From contig VJWM01000203.1 of assembly GCA_010909165.1 (NCBI GenBank), positions 248,001 through 312,000 of the forward strand: DNA of 64,000 nt. Reading direction: 5' to 3'. The notes under the pieces are model-generated. The model saw nothing but the letters and a program-made list of their open reading frames with translations. It made no database searches and was not told the origin of the DNA. Made by a program: the position numbers and the translations under genes. This document shows positions 38,401-51,390 of this stretch, one piece after another. This DNA is from Anthoceros angustus (lineage: Eukaryota; Plantae; Anthocerotophyta). Position 1 is the first letter of the stretch, and each line of letters begins with the position of its first letter.

Positions 38401-41100
38401 CCTTCCAAGTGGAGCAAACCGAAAGCTCGAGGTGGCAGCATTTCATTGCCGTTCACGCAAATTGTACAATGTGTCGCCATTTCGACCGCATATGTATTTT
38501 GTTTTACATGGCGACCAATCAACCATACGTGCCCGCTCATCAACTGATCATGTCACTGCCACGTAGCATGGATGACTCACATCTTCTTGCGGGCATCACC
38601 ACCCCGCCAATGCGTCATCCATTATTCAAGACATTTGTACCATGTGATAAAGCAGTGATGGATATGGCATGGCCCATAATATATAACCAATTCGTGTGGG
38701 GTCACGTACATATTCCGAGGTATGCCGGGATGTGATCACCGCATAATGGGAGTTTGGGAGAGAACAACATCGATCATCACACCACCGGGCAAGCCAAGTC
38801 GGTGGTGCACCAAGGAGGGAGCATCTTCAGTACTGCGCTATAGCCTCCAAAATTATGCACGAGAAGGAAAGGATTCCAGGTATGGCAATGGCATTTTAGG
38901 TCTTTTAGTGCCACCATGGGCAAATTGCACGAGTGAGCATGCGTGTTTGGTGTATCAATTCCTTGCACGGCAACTTGCGGTGATTGGCAAGACATTGGAG
39001 TGGTGTTCCAAAGGCGGCAACCATGGATGCCTTGACTTGGATCCCCGCACGGTTGCCTTTGTACTCTATCTCGCTACGAGCTATGGGTTGTCGAGAAGGA
39101 TACACGGGTCCCAAGGCTGGTGGCAGCTTGACATATAATTCGTCACAAAGATACCTTGTTGGTGGCGGGGTTCGCATCCTTAGAGGAGGGCGACATCTCG
39201 ATCGTTACGCTCCACAACCCCTTCTCCAATTGCAGGCGTGAAGATGAAGAAGAGGAATATAACGCACTGGTGAGGACTGGTTTCTCACCGCACGCTCGAA
39301 TATATACCGGAGGCGTAGCGGTGAGCGCAATGCATCTGCAGCTTTCACCCGACTCCATCCTACAAGGACTGGAGATGATCCGGTTGTTGGAGCATCACTT
39401 TCCAAAATGATCAACAAGTGGGAGTGAAGAGTTATACCCAAACACACCTCCGTCCGATCACCTCCTCCCGCTTCTCCGACGGTCACCTCCTCCCGGCTTG
39501 AAGACAAAGCATTCAATTGGGCTTTGCAATGGACCGTGTTTTACAACACGGTCCGCTGTAAAAGCCCAATTGTACGTTGTAAAATGTTTGAGACGGCCAG
39601 ATCGCCTCTCTCATGTTTTACAACATACGCATAACCTAATCTAATTTACAACACGATCCATTGCAAACCACGACATTGTAAAACGTTTAAGAGAGGCCAA
39701 GATAGGCCTCCCACAACTTTACAACATAGTCTAATTTACAACACAGCCCGTTGCAAAGCGCACTTGTATGTTGTAAAATGTATGACAAGGCCGGGATCAG
39801 GCCTCTGCACGTTTTACACCAAATTCACAACGTAGTCTCATGTACAAAGTCCATTGCAAAGCGATCTTGCGTTATACGCCTCGATCGGGCTTCGGTGCCA
39901 TTGCGGTGCTTGGGTATTCTACCGATCTCGCTTCCATCGAGGCCAAGTCCACCACGAAGGGCTACCACATCACACGCATCGAACATAGTCATGATCCCAG
40001 CGGCTATATTAGTTTTTGCTTTGAGGCAAAAGAGTAACATGGTCGCTTCATCACATATAGATTACATGTGCGTCGCCACATGATGCATGCACTCGATCCG
40101 GTGATGATCGTGAAAACATTTGGAAGCATATGTGCCGGTAGAAGCTCTCCTAAAAAACATAGCATGAGTGCAAGGAAACGGCAGAGGAGAGGTGGCCACG
40201 ATCGGCTGACCTTGCTAATTGTCCATCCGAGTTGCGAACAAAGTGCTCACCTCATGTCTCCCATGTTTCAGCCTCTTGTCCGAGGAGTTGAACTCGCTTG
40301 TTGTGAATGATGGGTCATGGTGGGTCATGGTGCCTCACCTTCCAAGTGGAGCAAACCGAAAGCTCGAGGTGGCGTTCATAAATTGTACAATGTGTCGCCA
40401 TTTCGACCGCATATGTATTTTGTTTTACATGGCGACCAATCAACCATACGTGCCCGCTCATCAACTGATCATGTCACTCATGAGACCGGTCACGTAGCAT
40501 GGATGACTCGTTCTCTTCTTGCGGGCATCACCACCCCGTCAATCGTCATCCATTATTCAAGACATTTGTACATGACAGAGTGCAGGATATATCGCCCATA
40601 ATATATAACCAATTCGTGTGGGGTCACGTACATATTCCGAGGTATGCCGGGATGTGATCACCGCATAATGGGAGTTTGGGAGAGAACAACATCGATCATC
40701 ACACCACCGGGCAAGCCAAGTCGGTGGTGCACCAAGGAGGGAGCATCTTCAGTACTGCGCTATAGCCTCCAAAATTATGCACGAGAAGGAAAGGATTCCA
40801 GGTATGGCAATGGCATTTTAGGTCTTTTAGTGCCACCATGGGCAAATTGCACGAGTGAGCATGCGTGTTTGGTGTATCAATTCCTTGCACGGCAACTTGC
40901 GGTGATTGGCAAGACATTGGAGTGGTGTTCCAAAGGCGGCAACCATGGATGCCTTGACTTGGATCCCCGCACGGTTGCCTTTGTACTCTATCTCGCTACG
41001 AGCTATGGGTTGTCGAGAAGGATACACGGGTCCCAAGGCTGGTGGCTGCATTGACATAATTCGTCACAAAGATACCTTGTTGGTGGCGGTCGCATGGCGT
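35500..41100. repeat. Complex tandem array: ~0.78-kb unit x4 plus ~1.9-kb unit x2
   Basis: The SLEEDDISIVTLHNPF..-encoding block recurs at ~35690, 36470, 37250 and 39180. ORF 38722 recurs at 40644 (offset 1922). Confidence 0.85.
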
Positions 41101-41640
41101 ACCACGTTGAGTGCACTTCACCGCAGCTTCACCGCAGCTTCACCGTCACGACGCACCCACCCAACATTGAGCACATTCGAGAGGCAACCGAGAACTTCCC
41201 TAAGGTAATGGATCGTGAATCCTAACGGTGTACTACCGGAATGGGATGCTCCGAGCATCTTGGATGCTTGTGACACACATGTGTTTGTCTCGCTTCAAAA
41301 TGCGAACGCCACCCAAGTTCATGCGGGGCAAGGAATCCTTCCACATCGGAAGAGCTGTGGGGAATGGCATTTTCAACACCGATGGAGAGATGTGGAAGAC
41401 GCAAGCTTGAGTTCTCTTCCGAGTGCTTCGTGATTAAAGACCAACGCGGAGACGGTCTTTGTCGGCAAGATTATTGCCCAAGCTCGGAAAGGAGGAGGTT
41501 GTTGACATGCATGGTGAATGATGGTGTGTGGAGCATGTTGCACCGCCTTCTCAATGCTCGTGAATTTTGCTCGATGATTCGCAAGCCATTGCGGGATCTC
41601 TTTGTGCGCATGACATTCGATTCCATTTGCAAAATCGGGC
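40945..41640 (+). pseudogene. Captured cytochrome P450 (CYP86 clan, CYP86/94/704-like) 5' fragment
   Basis: ATG at 40945 with a hydrophobic anchor and GPKA. Then PNIEHI...ENFPK, GNGIFNTDGEMWKTQ and DLFVRMTFDSICKIG. The 5' end is duplicated at 39023-39160. Confidence 0.78.
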
Positions 41641-41644
41641 AACA

Positions 41645-41810
41645 CCCTTAGACCGCCCTCTTTCATGGGTCGTTCAACAAAAACTTGGCGGGCATTTTCC
41701 GATTCACCAAATTTTGCATACATGTCCACGTAGGTGCCCACCACTACATTCTCCAGCAGCCGATTGCACCCATAAGGGCATTCCATGTCACCATATCCCC
41801 GACAAAGCAA
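41645..41810 (-). pseudogene. Captured PPR fragment
   Basis: LLENVVVGTYVDMYAKFGESENARQVFVERPMK. Confidence 0.7.
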
Positions 41811-43599
41811 GCAAGACTACAAAAGGTTAGGAATCACCACTAGTTGTCCATCATAGTGAAGACTAAACCGAGGTTCTTTGAAATCAAGACAGTCATCCCC
41901 ACTTGCCAATTAAGACGATCCATGTAACGTAGGGGTCGTTGTTCAATATCATCCATCATAGCATATGATGGATGTAACCGAGAGAGAACTAGATTCTTGA
42001 ATCAAGAAAAGCTATCCCCACTCGCCAAGACCACATCCATGGTGCTCCCATTCCTCCTCCATAAGATGATCCAGCTGACGTAGGGCGCGTCGTTCTACAG
42101 CTCTCCAGGAGTGTCCAAAATTTGTCAGCTTATTCTCCAAAACCTGGAAGGAGGATTCGCACCGACTCCTCTCGAGGTACTTAGCTGCCAATTTGAGTAG
42201 GCGGGACAACTTCCCTACATCGGGCAGGGAACCCCAAGCCAGCAGATGGCGCCACTTGTTCGCATGGCGACGAAACGGGGAGACTTGTATCACAACCATC
42301 TTGTGAAGCAAGCAGACTGGGGCTATGTCCTCACCTTGTTGACTATGTGTCCTCAACAATGGTCCGAAGGCTCTGTAGGTTTTCCATGTGGACAAGCCAA
42401 AGGCGGCCCAGTACACCGCCCCGCTTGAGTGCGGCATCGCTTTTGAACAGGAGGTGTCCTGGAGAGAAATCATCAACGGTCTTCTTTACTCTTTCCAGAT
42501 CGCCGAGGCAACGCCAAGATCGATACCACACTCAAAGAAAAGAGATTGATTTGTGGCCCAATTCTAGTGCCGGTCATCACCGCTACCAAGAAGCCAAGAG
42601 GTCGATCATCGAAATTGGCAAGAACCACGTCATCGCAACAATCGGTCTTTTCCACCGTAAACCCTTAAACCGAACCGTCTTCCACGTCGTTTGTACTCAC
42701 CATAATTATAATTAAATAAGTGAAATATTTAAGACTTGGGATACTTTTTATACTTATAAGAAAAGCTTTAAAATATTTTTCAACCTATCAATTACCTATC
42801 TATCCTCCCACCTCCACTCCTTATCTATCCTCCCACCTCCACTCCTTATCCCTCTATCGCCTCCCACTCCTTATCCCTCTATCATCTCCCTTCCCCGCCT
42901 TCTCCTTTCCACATAACAAGTCTATTACTCCAACTCTACTATGTAACTCATTGGTCATTATCGCTCACGCTATCATTGTCTTCATCATCCTCACCTATGA
43001 TATCCGCATCCTCATCATCTTGACTCATGTTATCCTCGTCTTGAGCCTCACCTTGTACTATGCGTCTTCCACGCGCTTGTACCCACCACAATTTTCCATG
43101 CATTTTAGAATTCTCATACAAAAGACTTGCTCCACTTTCTCCGATACTAGTACAAATGGCTCATCCTCCAACTTATCATTGGATAACATGACATCGTTAA
43201 CCATGAACATACGAGATGTATCTGTTTTGATGGTCAGTGTGCTCTTTGTTCCATTGAGCCTTGAACCATCTCACCTTCAACACATTTACTTTTTAGACGG
43301 CCCTAAGTCCACCTCCAAAATCTTTTCCACCTTTCCAAAGATAGGGAAAATCTGCTATAATAGGTTCGTGTCCGATGTGAAACACATGCTTGGCTATATA
43401 GATGTTTTATAATGCTATCACATGTATTCTTTCCCTATCGCATCTATAGTCCTTATATGATTTCCATATGCCCACATCATTTTATATGATCGCATGAGGA
43501 GGTCCTCGACAATTGGCCACATCCAACCCATAGGTTTGTACCGCATTTCTTTCTCGCTACTATAACTTCATCTATCAACCATTACGCAAAGGACGTTGC

Positions 43600-46000
43600 T
43601 CGTCTATACCGTCATACACTTTTCGCCATTTTTGAGTACAGCTGAGTTTTCCACTAACACTTTCCTCATCTTGCATTTCCACATCATTCGGTCATAATTT
43701 TGCCATTCCTTGCAATAACACCCACATTGGGTGACATCATCTTGATTTCCACACTCTTGGTGCCTCTTCATGTGTATTTCCAAAGAACTCGAGCTATAAA
43801 ACATTATCTCTTGTGCTAAGTATCCTAAAGCCATGCTACCTTCCGGTCGGGCTTTCGAACAAGTCCCTTTAACACTTTCATGTGCCTTTCTAAGAAATAC
43901 ATCCATCGATATCGAGTTGGTCCACATAATTCAACCTCCGCACAAGATGAACAACAACATGTACTTGACTTGTCGGAAAAGTCGTTGGAAATTCCCTCTC
44001 CAACACACACATGATCTCCACACTTTTCACCTTCATAGCTGGAATTTCATCCTTCGCAATTTCTTTTGAACAAAGCCACGAATAGCTCGGCAAGATCACA
44101 TATAGCCTTGTGAACATCATGATGTATTAATCCTTTCAAGACAATTGGCCACAAATCCGTTAATGATGGTGATGATCATGAGACTTTAACCACGAAATTC
44201 CCTCTTCTCTCCTTTAGAAAACAACGCTTCAAATTTGACCCATACCAGGAGTACGATGCTGCAAATCCTTGTTCTCAATTTTTCCTCTGCATTAGCATAC
44301 ATTCGCCTCTTTTGCTGCCATGTCCAAGAACCTGTGGTGTCGTTATAAATGTCCGTCCCACAGGTTCGCTGTTTTTAGCTTTGCACCCCATTTACAATGT
44401 TTTGGCCTCTTTGTCTCCTTCCAGCGATGGCCTCGCATGGGGCCACCAATCTTGTTTGGTATTTGAATACTCAAGATCTCTCGACTACCAAGGGAATCTT
44501 GATTCCCACATATGTGTGCCAAAATCTGACTTACATTCTTTCCAATGTGCATGATATCAAATAAGTGTCGATCAACAATATCTCGCAACCACCAAATAGC
44601 ATGACTAAAAGTTAACCTTCATGAATAGCTATTAGTCTACCTACCGATGCTACCAATAATATAATTAAAATATTCTTGAAAAGGTAATACTTGCAAGACC
44701 CCATATGCATGCATACATACCTCCCGATGGAAGCTCCCAAAATTGAAGGCTCGCTAGTAACACCCTGACTGTCTTCACCATTGTCTTTTGCATATTTCCG
44801 GTTAAAGCTTTCGATCATAATATCCTCCGGAGTTGGTGCATAGTCCGGATGAATAATTTCCATCTCACCTTTCCATTGAATGAATCCCGCTCTTCCACTC
44901 TAAACTTGTGTTCCTCTGGTAAAATTTTCTAAAATTCTTATCATACGTCATTTTGTTTGTGAACATTGACTTTCTTGCTTCTAATTTGTCCCAACATATT
45001 GGACATGCCCGCTTCCCTTTTGTTTGCATTTTAGAAGTGAAAGAATATCCGGATAATCATGCATCGTCCACAACAATAAGGCCTTCAATTTAAATTGTCT
45101 TTGAGCATTTCCAATAGCCATAGAAGCATCTTGTACGACCACACCTTCCTCCCAAAGTACCTTCAACTCTTGATGAGTGGTTGAAAATATATATCTGCAT
45201 CTTTGACTTGCTTGGACCGTGAATAATCATTGACAACAATATATGCCCATTCTTGATAGATAACCAAGGAGGCGTTATAATTGATAAGAAGCACAGGCCA
45301 TATAGAATACCTAGAACTTTGGTGCCCAAAGGATTAATCCCATCCGTAGCAAGTCCTAATCGAATGTTGCGCCTCCTTAGCAAACTCGGATAAGTGTTGT
45401 CCACATGTTCCCATGCATAGCTATCCGATGGGACCCGCATAATCCCATCATTAGACTTATTTGTGGCGTGCCATGACATCATACTTGCTAGCTCGGACAT
45501 CTAAACATTTGTTTCAATCTAGGAATCAATGGAAAATATCAAGTAGCTTAACTGCACACTGCTCTTCGTGTCAATTCGATACCTATGTTCCCACACATCT
45601 TGCGAATAGCAATTGAAAACTTGTGAACAACATACAATCATCTTGACAAGCATGTATGGATGTATATGTTAGGCCAAACCCTTAAGCATCTTTTTAATTT
45701 CAGCCCTACTTTTGGCAACTTGTTGCCAAAATCGGGAGGCCTAATTTGCCTAGTAATGATAAAATTGAATTCAAAGATGCATCCGACCAGCCATGCCTCC
45801 TTTGGATGTTCAATAACAATAAAATGAATGCCAATAAACTTATCTCGGCTCCAACCCATAGAGGCGTAGTTGCGGTGTGCATCGCCTTTAATTCCTCGTG
45901 CAAGGAATCGACTGTTCTTTAGTCATTTCGCGATGCGAAACCCCACCAAGTGCCTCCACCAACTCTATGGTCACTTGTTCGTCGGGATGAATGTTGACAT
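43600..46000 (-). mobile_element. CACTA transposase (Transposase_21 / DUF4218 region), frameshifted
   Basis: TPLWVGAEISLLAFILLLLNIQRRHGWSDAS; MRVPSDSYAWEHVD..RNIRLGLATDGINP; LKALLLWTMHDYP; FDIMHIGKNV; VELCGPTRYRWMYFLERHMKVLKG; ARPEGSMALGY. Confidence 0.93.
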
Positions 46001-46316
46001 GTTCTTCATCAACCTCAAAATGATCATCAACCTCAATAAAATCTTGTTCCTCTTCAACTGATTATTCAATCACACGCACAAAATAAATATCAAATAAGTA
46101 TATAAAATATTGTAGTACTATATAGAAAAATTATATTATAATTTAATAACTTTAGTATAACCACTATTATTAAGGAAATATTGAACAACATGCAAAACTA
46201 AAAGGTTAAGAAGTCAAGTGAGGAGAGTATATACTAATTGTTTTGTTGCAGATATAGTCAATATACACAAGGTACAAGACCCTCAACATCAACTCTTCTA
46301 CATCCTACAACAAAAA

Positions 46317-47536
46317 CTATTCCACATCCTCGTGCATCAACTTTGCCTTCAATTTCTTCCACTCCATCTGTGCGTAATTTAATGTGTCTATGTACTCTTC
46401 CTGCACGGCCTTCCTTTTGGCCTCAAATGGTTCGGGGTTATACCAACTGTAATCAACAAACAACTCTTCCCCAGCATTAATGGTCCTCACTGCCCAAGTG
46501 CAAATCCAATCAAGATGGTCGTCACTTAGTAGCTCATGCCCATCCGACCTTTCTTCCCAAATGCAATTTTGCTTGATTGCGATATTTCCACTACTACTAT
46601 TCATATATCCTGCCACATTCCCATATGCAACATGCCCATCGAGGTACTCAATTGGGCCATCATTAACATCTTTACGCCGGAGTCTATTGAAAGTCAATGC
46701 ATACTTGAAATAACTTGTTGTAGTTCACTATCTTGTTATATTCTCCTGTATACTTTGGACCCCAAACACAAACAAAGGAACTCCATTCACATTATCTTTT
46801 CTCACTACGATTTTCTCCATGGAAAATAAACCCAACCCCATGGCTGGGTTTGTTGCCTCCTTCACTATCCACCTTCGCCCCAATATAGAAATGACTTGTT
46901 AATAGGAATAGGTCCCTTCTCCCACATTCCCCATTCTCTAGGGTACACGCCTTTCAAAAGATGCTTGTATAAAACAATAGCATCATGAGACTTTGGATCT
47001 TCCCCTCTTTTGGATGATAAGGAGGTGCAATAAAGGGTCCATGGTCCGCCTTTCCATCCAAAGGTTTTCCTACACCGCAAAGCCATGTGTCCACTCCTAC
47101 GCTCGTACTTGTTATAACATGCAAACAATAAACTCCTTCCAACTATAAAAAAACAACCATAATTACACATATGAATAATTAAACTACCTTTAATATAACA
47201 AGACAAACATACTTACCATAATTAGTATGCCACATCAGAATTATTCTATAGATAATATTATATAATTGCTTTATTATTGTATTTTCTAGCATAAAAGAAA
47301 AGGGCTCCATAATTACTTCATTAGTTTATTTCCTAGCATAGAAGAAAAGGATTGCAACTCACAGTTGTGGCTACGGGTGGTTCTCCTTGTTCTGCTATTT
47401 CTTCTCCTCCTCCTCCTTCTCCTCCTCCTCCTTCTCCTCCTCGTTGTTCTTCTCCTCCTCGTCCTCCTTCTCCTCCTCGTTCTTCATCTCCTTGCGGTTC
47501 TCCACCGGGGACTTCATTCTGGGAGGTAAGGTCCAT
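46317..47536 (-). CDS. SET-domain protein (putative lysine methyltransferase) in the CACTA element, with 1-bp indels
   Basis: WIVKEATNPAMGLGLFSMEKI (SET motif I, ~46810-46870). YLDGHVAYGNVAGYMNSS..NC..ICTWAVRTINAGEELFVDYSW (46317-46697). Putative Glu/Gly-rich first exon from ATG 47536, with GTGAGT (47362) and GTAAGT (47216) donor-like sites. Confidence 0.72.
47390..47500. repeat. (CCT/TCT)-rich low-complexity tract
   Basis: cttctcctcctcctccttctcct... It encodes GEGGGGE on the minus strand. Confidence 0.85.
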
Positions 47537-49954
47537 TCTTGCGCAAATGTTTACGTGATTTGGTTAGCTCACGAACTCGCCTTGCACTCTTTGCACCAAC
47601 ATTTTGGAAAATATATTGGATATTTGGGCGCTTAAATCTACGAGCGCGATCCATAAGGACCTACCCTCAACAATGATCGTGGGTTAGCTTAAGCTCGACA
47701 ACACTTGCCCTGCCTTCACCGAGCACGAAAGTGGAGGCTACCTTCGATGAAGTGCTCCGGCCCTCGCTCCAACCTCCGATCCGAAAGCGTAACCGCATAA
47801 ATCGAGCCAATTCTAATCTAGAGCAATTCCATGCAACCGATAACGCGATACTCAAAACGCTTTACAAAGAGCATAGACCTGCAGAACGGACTTGTAGCTA
47901 TCTAGCATCCGGATGGTCGATTTAGGTGTGCACCGTGCTTTTATTGACCCTTGCTACTAGAAGGCCCTCGCCACGCACGATGGAAGGCCCTTCTAGCTAT
48001 GTAGTGGATGGTTAGTAGCCGACAAGAGAAAGGCCTCTTACGGTGCTTATTAGGCGGTCAATCCAAAGCGCTTTACAACACGAGGCGTTGCAAATCGGTT
48101 TGCAACGCCTCTCTTATCAACGCACTCGCAGCAACATTTGCAACGCCAGCACCCAATTCTAATCATGAGCAATTGCATGCAACCGACAATACTCGAAAAC
48201 GCTTTGCAAAGAGCACCGAACGGACTTGTAGCTATCTAGCATCGCGGATGGTGCCGAGCTATGAGAAGGCCCTCGCCACGCACAATGGAAGGCGGCTTTA
48301 TAATCGATGCCGCGAAACCGCGAAGCTTGGCCTCTTACAAGTGCGTGCAATGGTCCAAAGCGCTAGCTAGCGCAGTTTGGGCAATTTGCAAAGCATTCGT
48401 AAAGCACCGTAGTGTGCTATTGATATAGCCTTAGCTTACTTAAGGCGCAAGCCTTTCCTTATTTGCGTGGGACTCAAGATTGTGAAATGTGTGAGCAACT
48501 TTATATCAAAGAAAACTTTACATCACCGATAGGCGATCGTCTTTGCCAACCTCATGTGACTTGGGTAGACTACGAAACCACATTTGTGATGAGTTCATTA
48601 TCACTCGATCCGGCTCGGGTCCGTATCGAGCATAGTCTTCAAAAGCGAAGGTGGCTGCTCGGCTCCATTCGTGATGCCGATTAAAACCTTGAGCCCCAAA
48701 CAAAAATCTACCTTATTAGCATTTATCATGCAAAGAAAGATCACTCAGACTTTTACACTTACGATAGAAGGAGATGATTAGGTTCGGGCACAAGATCTCA
48801 GATTTCTCCCAAAGTCGAGTCATCCGAGTTCCGCTTTCACAAAAGTAAGCCCTTGGAGACCCCGGATCGAGAGTAGTACCAAGCTGTGATGATAGCTGAC
48901 CAAGGCGCAGCGTGGAAGCATGTGACCAAAAACAAGGACGAGTTCCATCCGGAAGGGTGGGACCCTTCTCTTTCTCCGAGGAAGGCTAGGAAGGACGCAA
49001 TGTTACACAACCCTTGTCACAAGGGTCAAAGTTTGCACAATTCATGTGCATCACCTCCTCTTCATCACGCATCTCCTCGACTGGGATCCACCTCGGAAGG
49101 TCCTCGGCCGCCAGTTGTGCCATCACCTCCGGATGGTTCTCGGCCGCCAGTTGTCTACCGCCATCGCTACTCAAAACGCACTTGACGGCCGGGTCGCTTA
49201 ACACAATCGGAGTTCACAACCGAGTTCACAATCGGTCGGACAAACACAATCAGCTCAGTGTGTGACTCACTTTGAGCCGCATAACCGCCCGCACTTGGGA
49301 ACGGATCAGCTATAGAACTATAGTATGCACGAGTTCGCTACTGGGAAACAGGAACAAAGTGACAGCCCCAAGGAGCCCCTTACTCTCAAACTCCATGGCG
49401 TCAAAGAAACCATATGTGGGTCTTTCAACCGTCTCGGCGGTATGGGTGAGAGTGGGTGTGGGCGTTAACGCGGAACCTCGAAATGCGTCGGTGTGCGATC
49501 GAGGATTGAACTCTCATTAGGTACCGCCTAGCCGCTTGTCATCGGCAACATCAACAATCGGCATGATGATGAGTGCCAAGAAGACTTAAATTCTTTAAAG
49601 ACCTGGAGGAGGCGAATCGAGGTTTTAAGACTCGGGCTCAAGTGGATGGCCGAGGAAGCATTGCCCCTTAGCCCTTATTCTATTCATTCCCATGGATCTT
49701 TTACACATTAAAGGGGCACGAGTCCCAAGCAATAGCCTTGAAAGCACCTAAGGGACAACATAGCTACGCTCCATACAATCCCTCTATCCGCCATCAAAAT
49801 ATCTCCGAGGAGCACACTACGCTAAGCGTGCTCAAGCACTGCTTGTCATATCATGCCATTTTCATGCCAATGGTTTCCCTCAAAAGGAAAGAAGCATTAA
49901 AGCTTTATTTGTAGGCTTGCATGGGTCACCATCAAAACCTCATCACTCATATGC

Positions 49955-50270
49955 TTTCCATGACCGCCTTCGGGTAATTGCGAGTTGCGGCATGGGGACC
50001 TCTTCCACTCCTCCAATATTGTGTCCAGATTGAGTTTGATCGGGATGACGAGCTATTTGCCACCGCTGGAGTATCAAGGAGGATAAAAGTGTTTGAGTTT
50101 GCAACGGTGGTCAATGACATGGCGATGTGCATTGTCCCATGGTAGAAATGTCTACCCGCCCAAATTGAGTTGTCCGAGTTGGAACAAGTACATAAAGTCG
50201 CATTGTGCGGTGATTATGAAGGGATTGTTACGATGGGATGTGAATACGTGCGAGCATCACGGAGTATGTG
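49955..50270 (+). pseudogene. COP1: Captured COP1 WD40-region fragment
   Basis: Joining frames gives RLRVIA.LRHGDLFHSSNIVS.IEFDRDDELFATAGVSRRIKVFEF..VVND....CPMVEMSTR.KLSC.SWNKYIKSH....DYEGIVT.WDVNT...ITEY, matching COP1 WD40 repeats 1-2. Confidence 0.85.
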
Positions 50271-51119
50271 TACGACAGCCCAGCCTAAACCTCTCAAGTT
50301 TATTACTTGGTTCTCGAGGCGTGGATTCGTCGTTACCGCCATCGGCTCCACTCCACCGGCTAGTTTGCAATCTAGTTTTCTCAACTAAGCCTGAAGTGTT
50401 CGCCACTAAGAAGCCGAGAACTTTTGCAGTGCAGCGTGGAGCCGAGCATGCTTAACCCTGAAGGCCGCCTTTTGCCCCATTTTGGCGTTATTATGAATTT
50501 CTAATTACAAGAAAATCGATCGAATGTTCTCAACACCACAATTACCGTGATGACCTCCTCTTTCCAACCATATGTTAGAAAAGCACCACCCCTCGGAACA
50601 TGCACAAATTTCCATAGCCATTTCGATCCACCTTGGGCACCAGTGAGGTGAGCATCTTTCTTTGCCTACCATGAACTAAGGTGAATCAGATACGTATGTA
50701 CACAAGAATGTAGGGGATGGCCAGCGCATGACACCGGATCCTAAGCGCCCGTGGCCGACCTTTTACCTACTAGAGATTTTAGAACGTAAAAGTGAACCGA
50801 ACGTTGTAAATAGTAATAGTTTCTAATTTTACAACGGAGTGTGTTGTAAATGGTAATCGCTTCCGACTTAACAACGAGCGTTGCAAATAGTAGTTTCCAA
50901 AGTCGTTTCATACAAACTCACCAGCACCAGTGCACGAGGTAGGTGACGCAGTGCACAAGGCGTGAGGCGGTGCAATGCATGCAAGATCTTGTCCAAGGCG
51001 GAACATGCTTGCACACAAATCGATATAAAGGCGGGTTCATGTCAGACAAGTAGATGTTTACATACTGCGACGTATGTGTTGAGAGCTGTGTCGTCGATTG
51101 CCCTCGGGTGTGTGAGAAC

Positions 51120-51390
51120 CGGCTTGCCATCGGGTGTGTGTGACGAGTGGGAGCTTGTGTAGCTAGTGTACTTGAGGCCATGCGGCTTGCCATCGGGTAT
51201 GTGAGGTGGGGAGCTTGTGTAGCTAGTGTAATTGAGGCCATGCGGCCCGCCATCGGGTGTGTGAGGTGGGGAGCTTGTGTAGCTAGTGTAATTGAGGCCA
51301 TGGGGCCACATCGGGTGTGTGAGAGCCTTGCCATCGGGATGTGTGACGAGTGGGAGCTCAGATGTAGTGTAATTGAGGCCATGCACCGCC
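51120..51390. repeat. ~60-bp minisatellite (~4 copies)
   Basis: gccatcgggtgtgtgaggtggggagcttgtgtagctagtgtaattgaggccatgcggc recurs at 60-bp spacing. Confidence 0.9.

Noticed and set aside
42012-43412. ORFs downstream of the transposase as an additional CACTA gene
   Set aside because: No motif I can recognise. The 230-aa plus-strand ORF is antisense low-complexity sequence.
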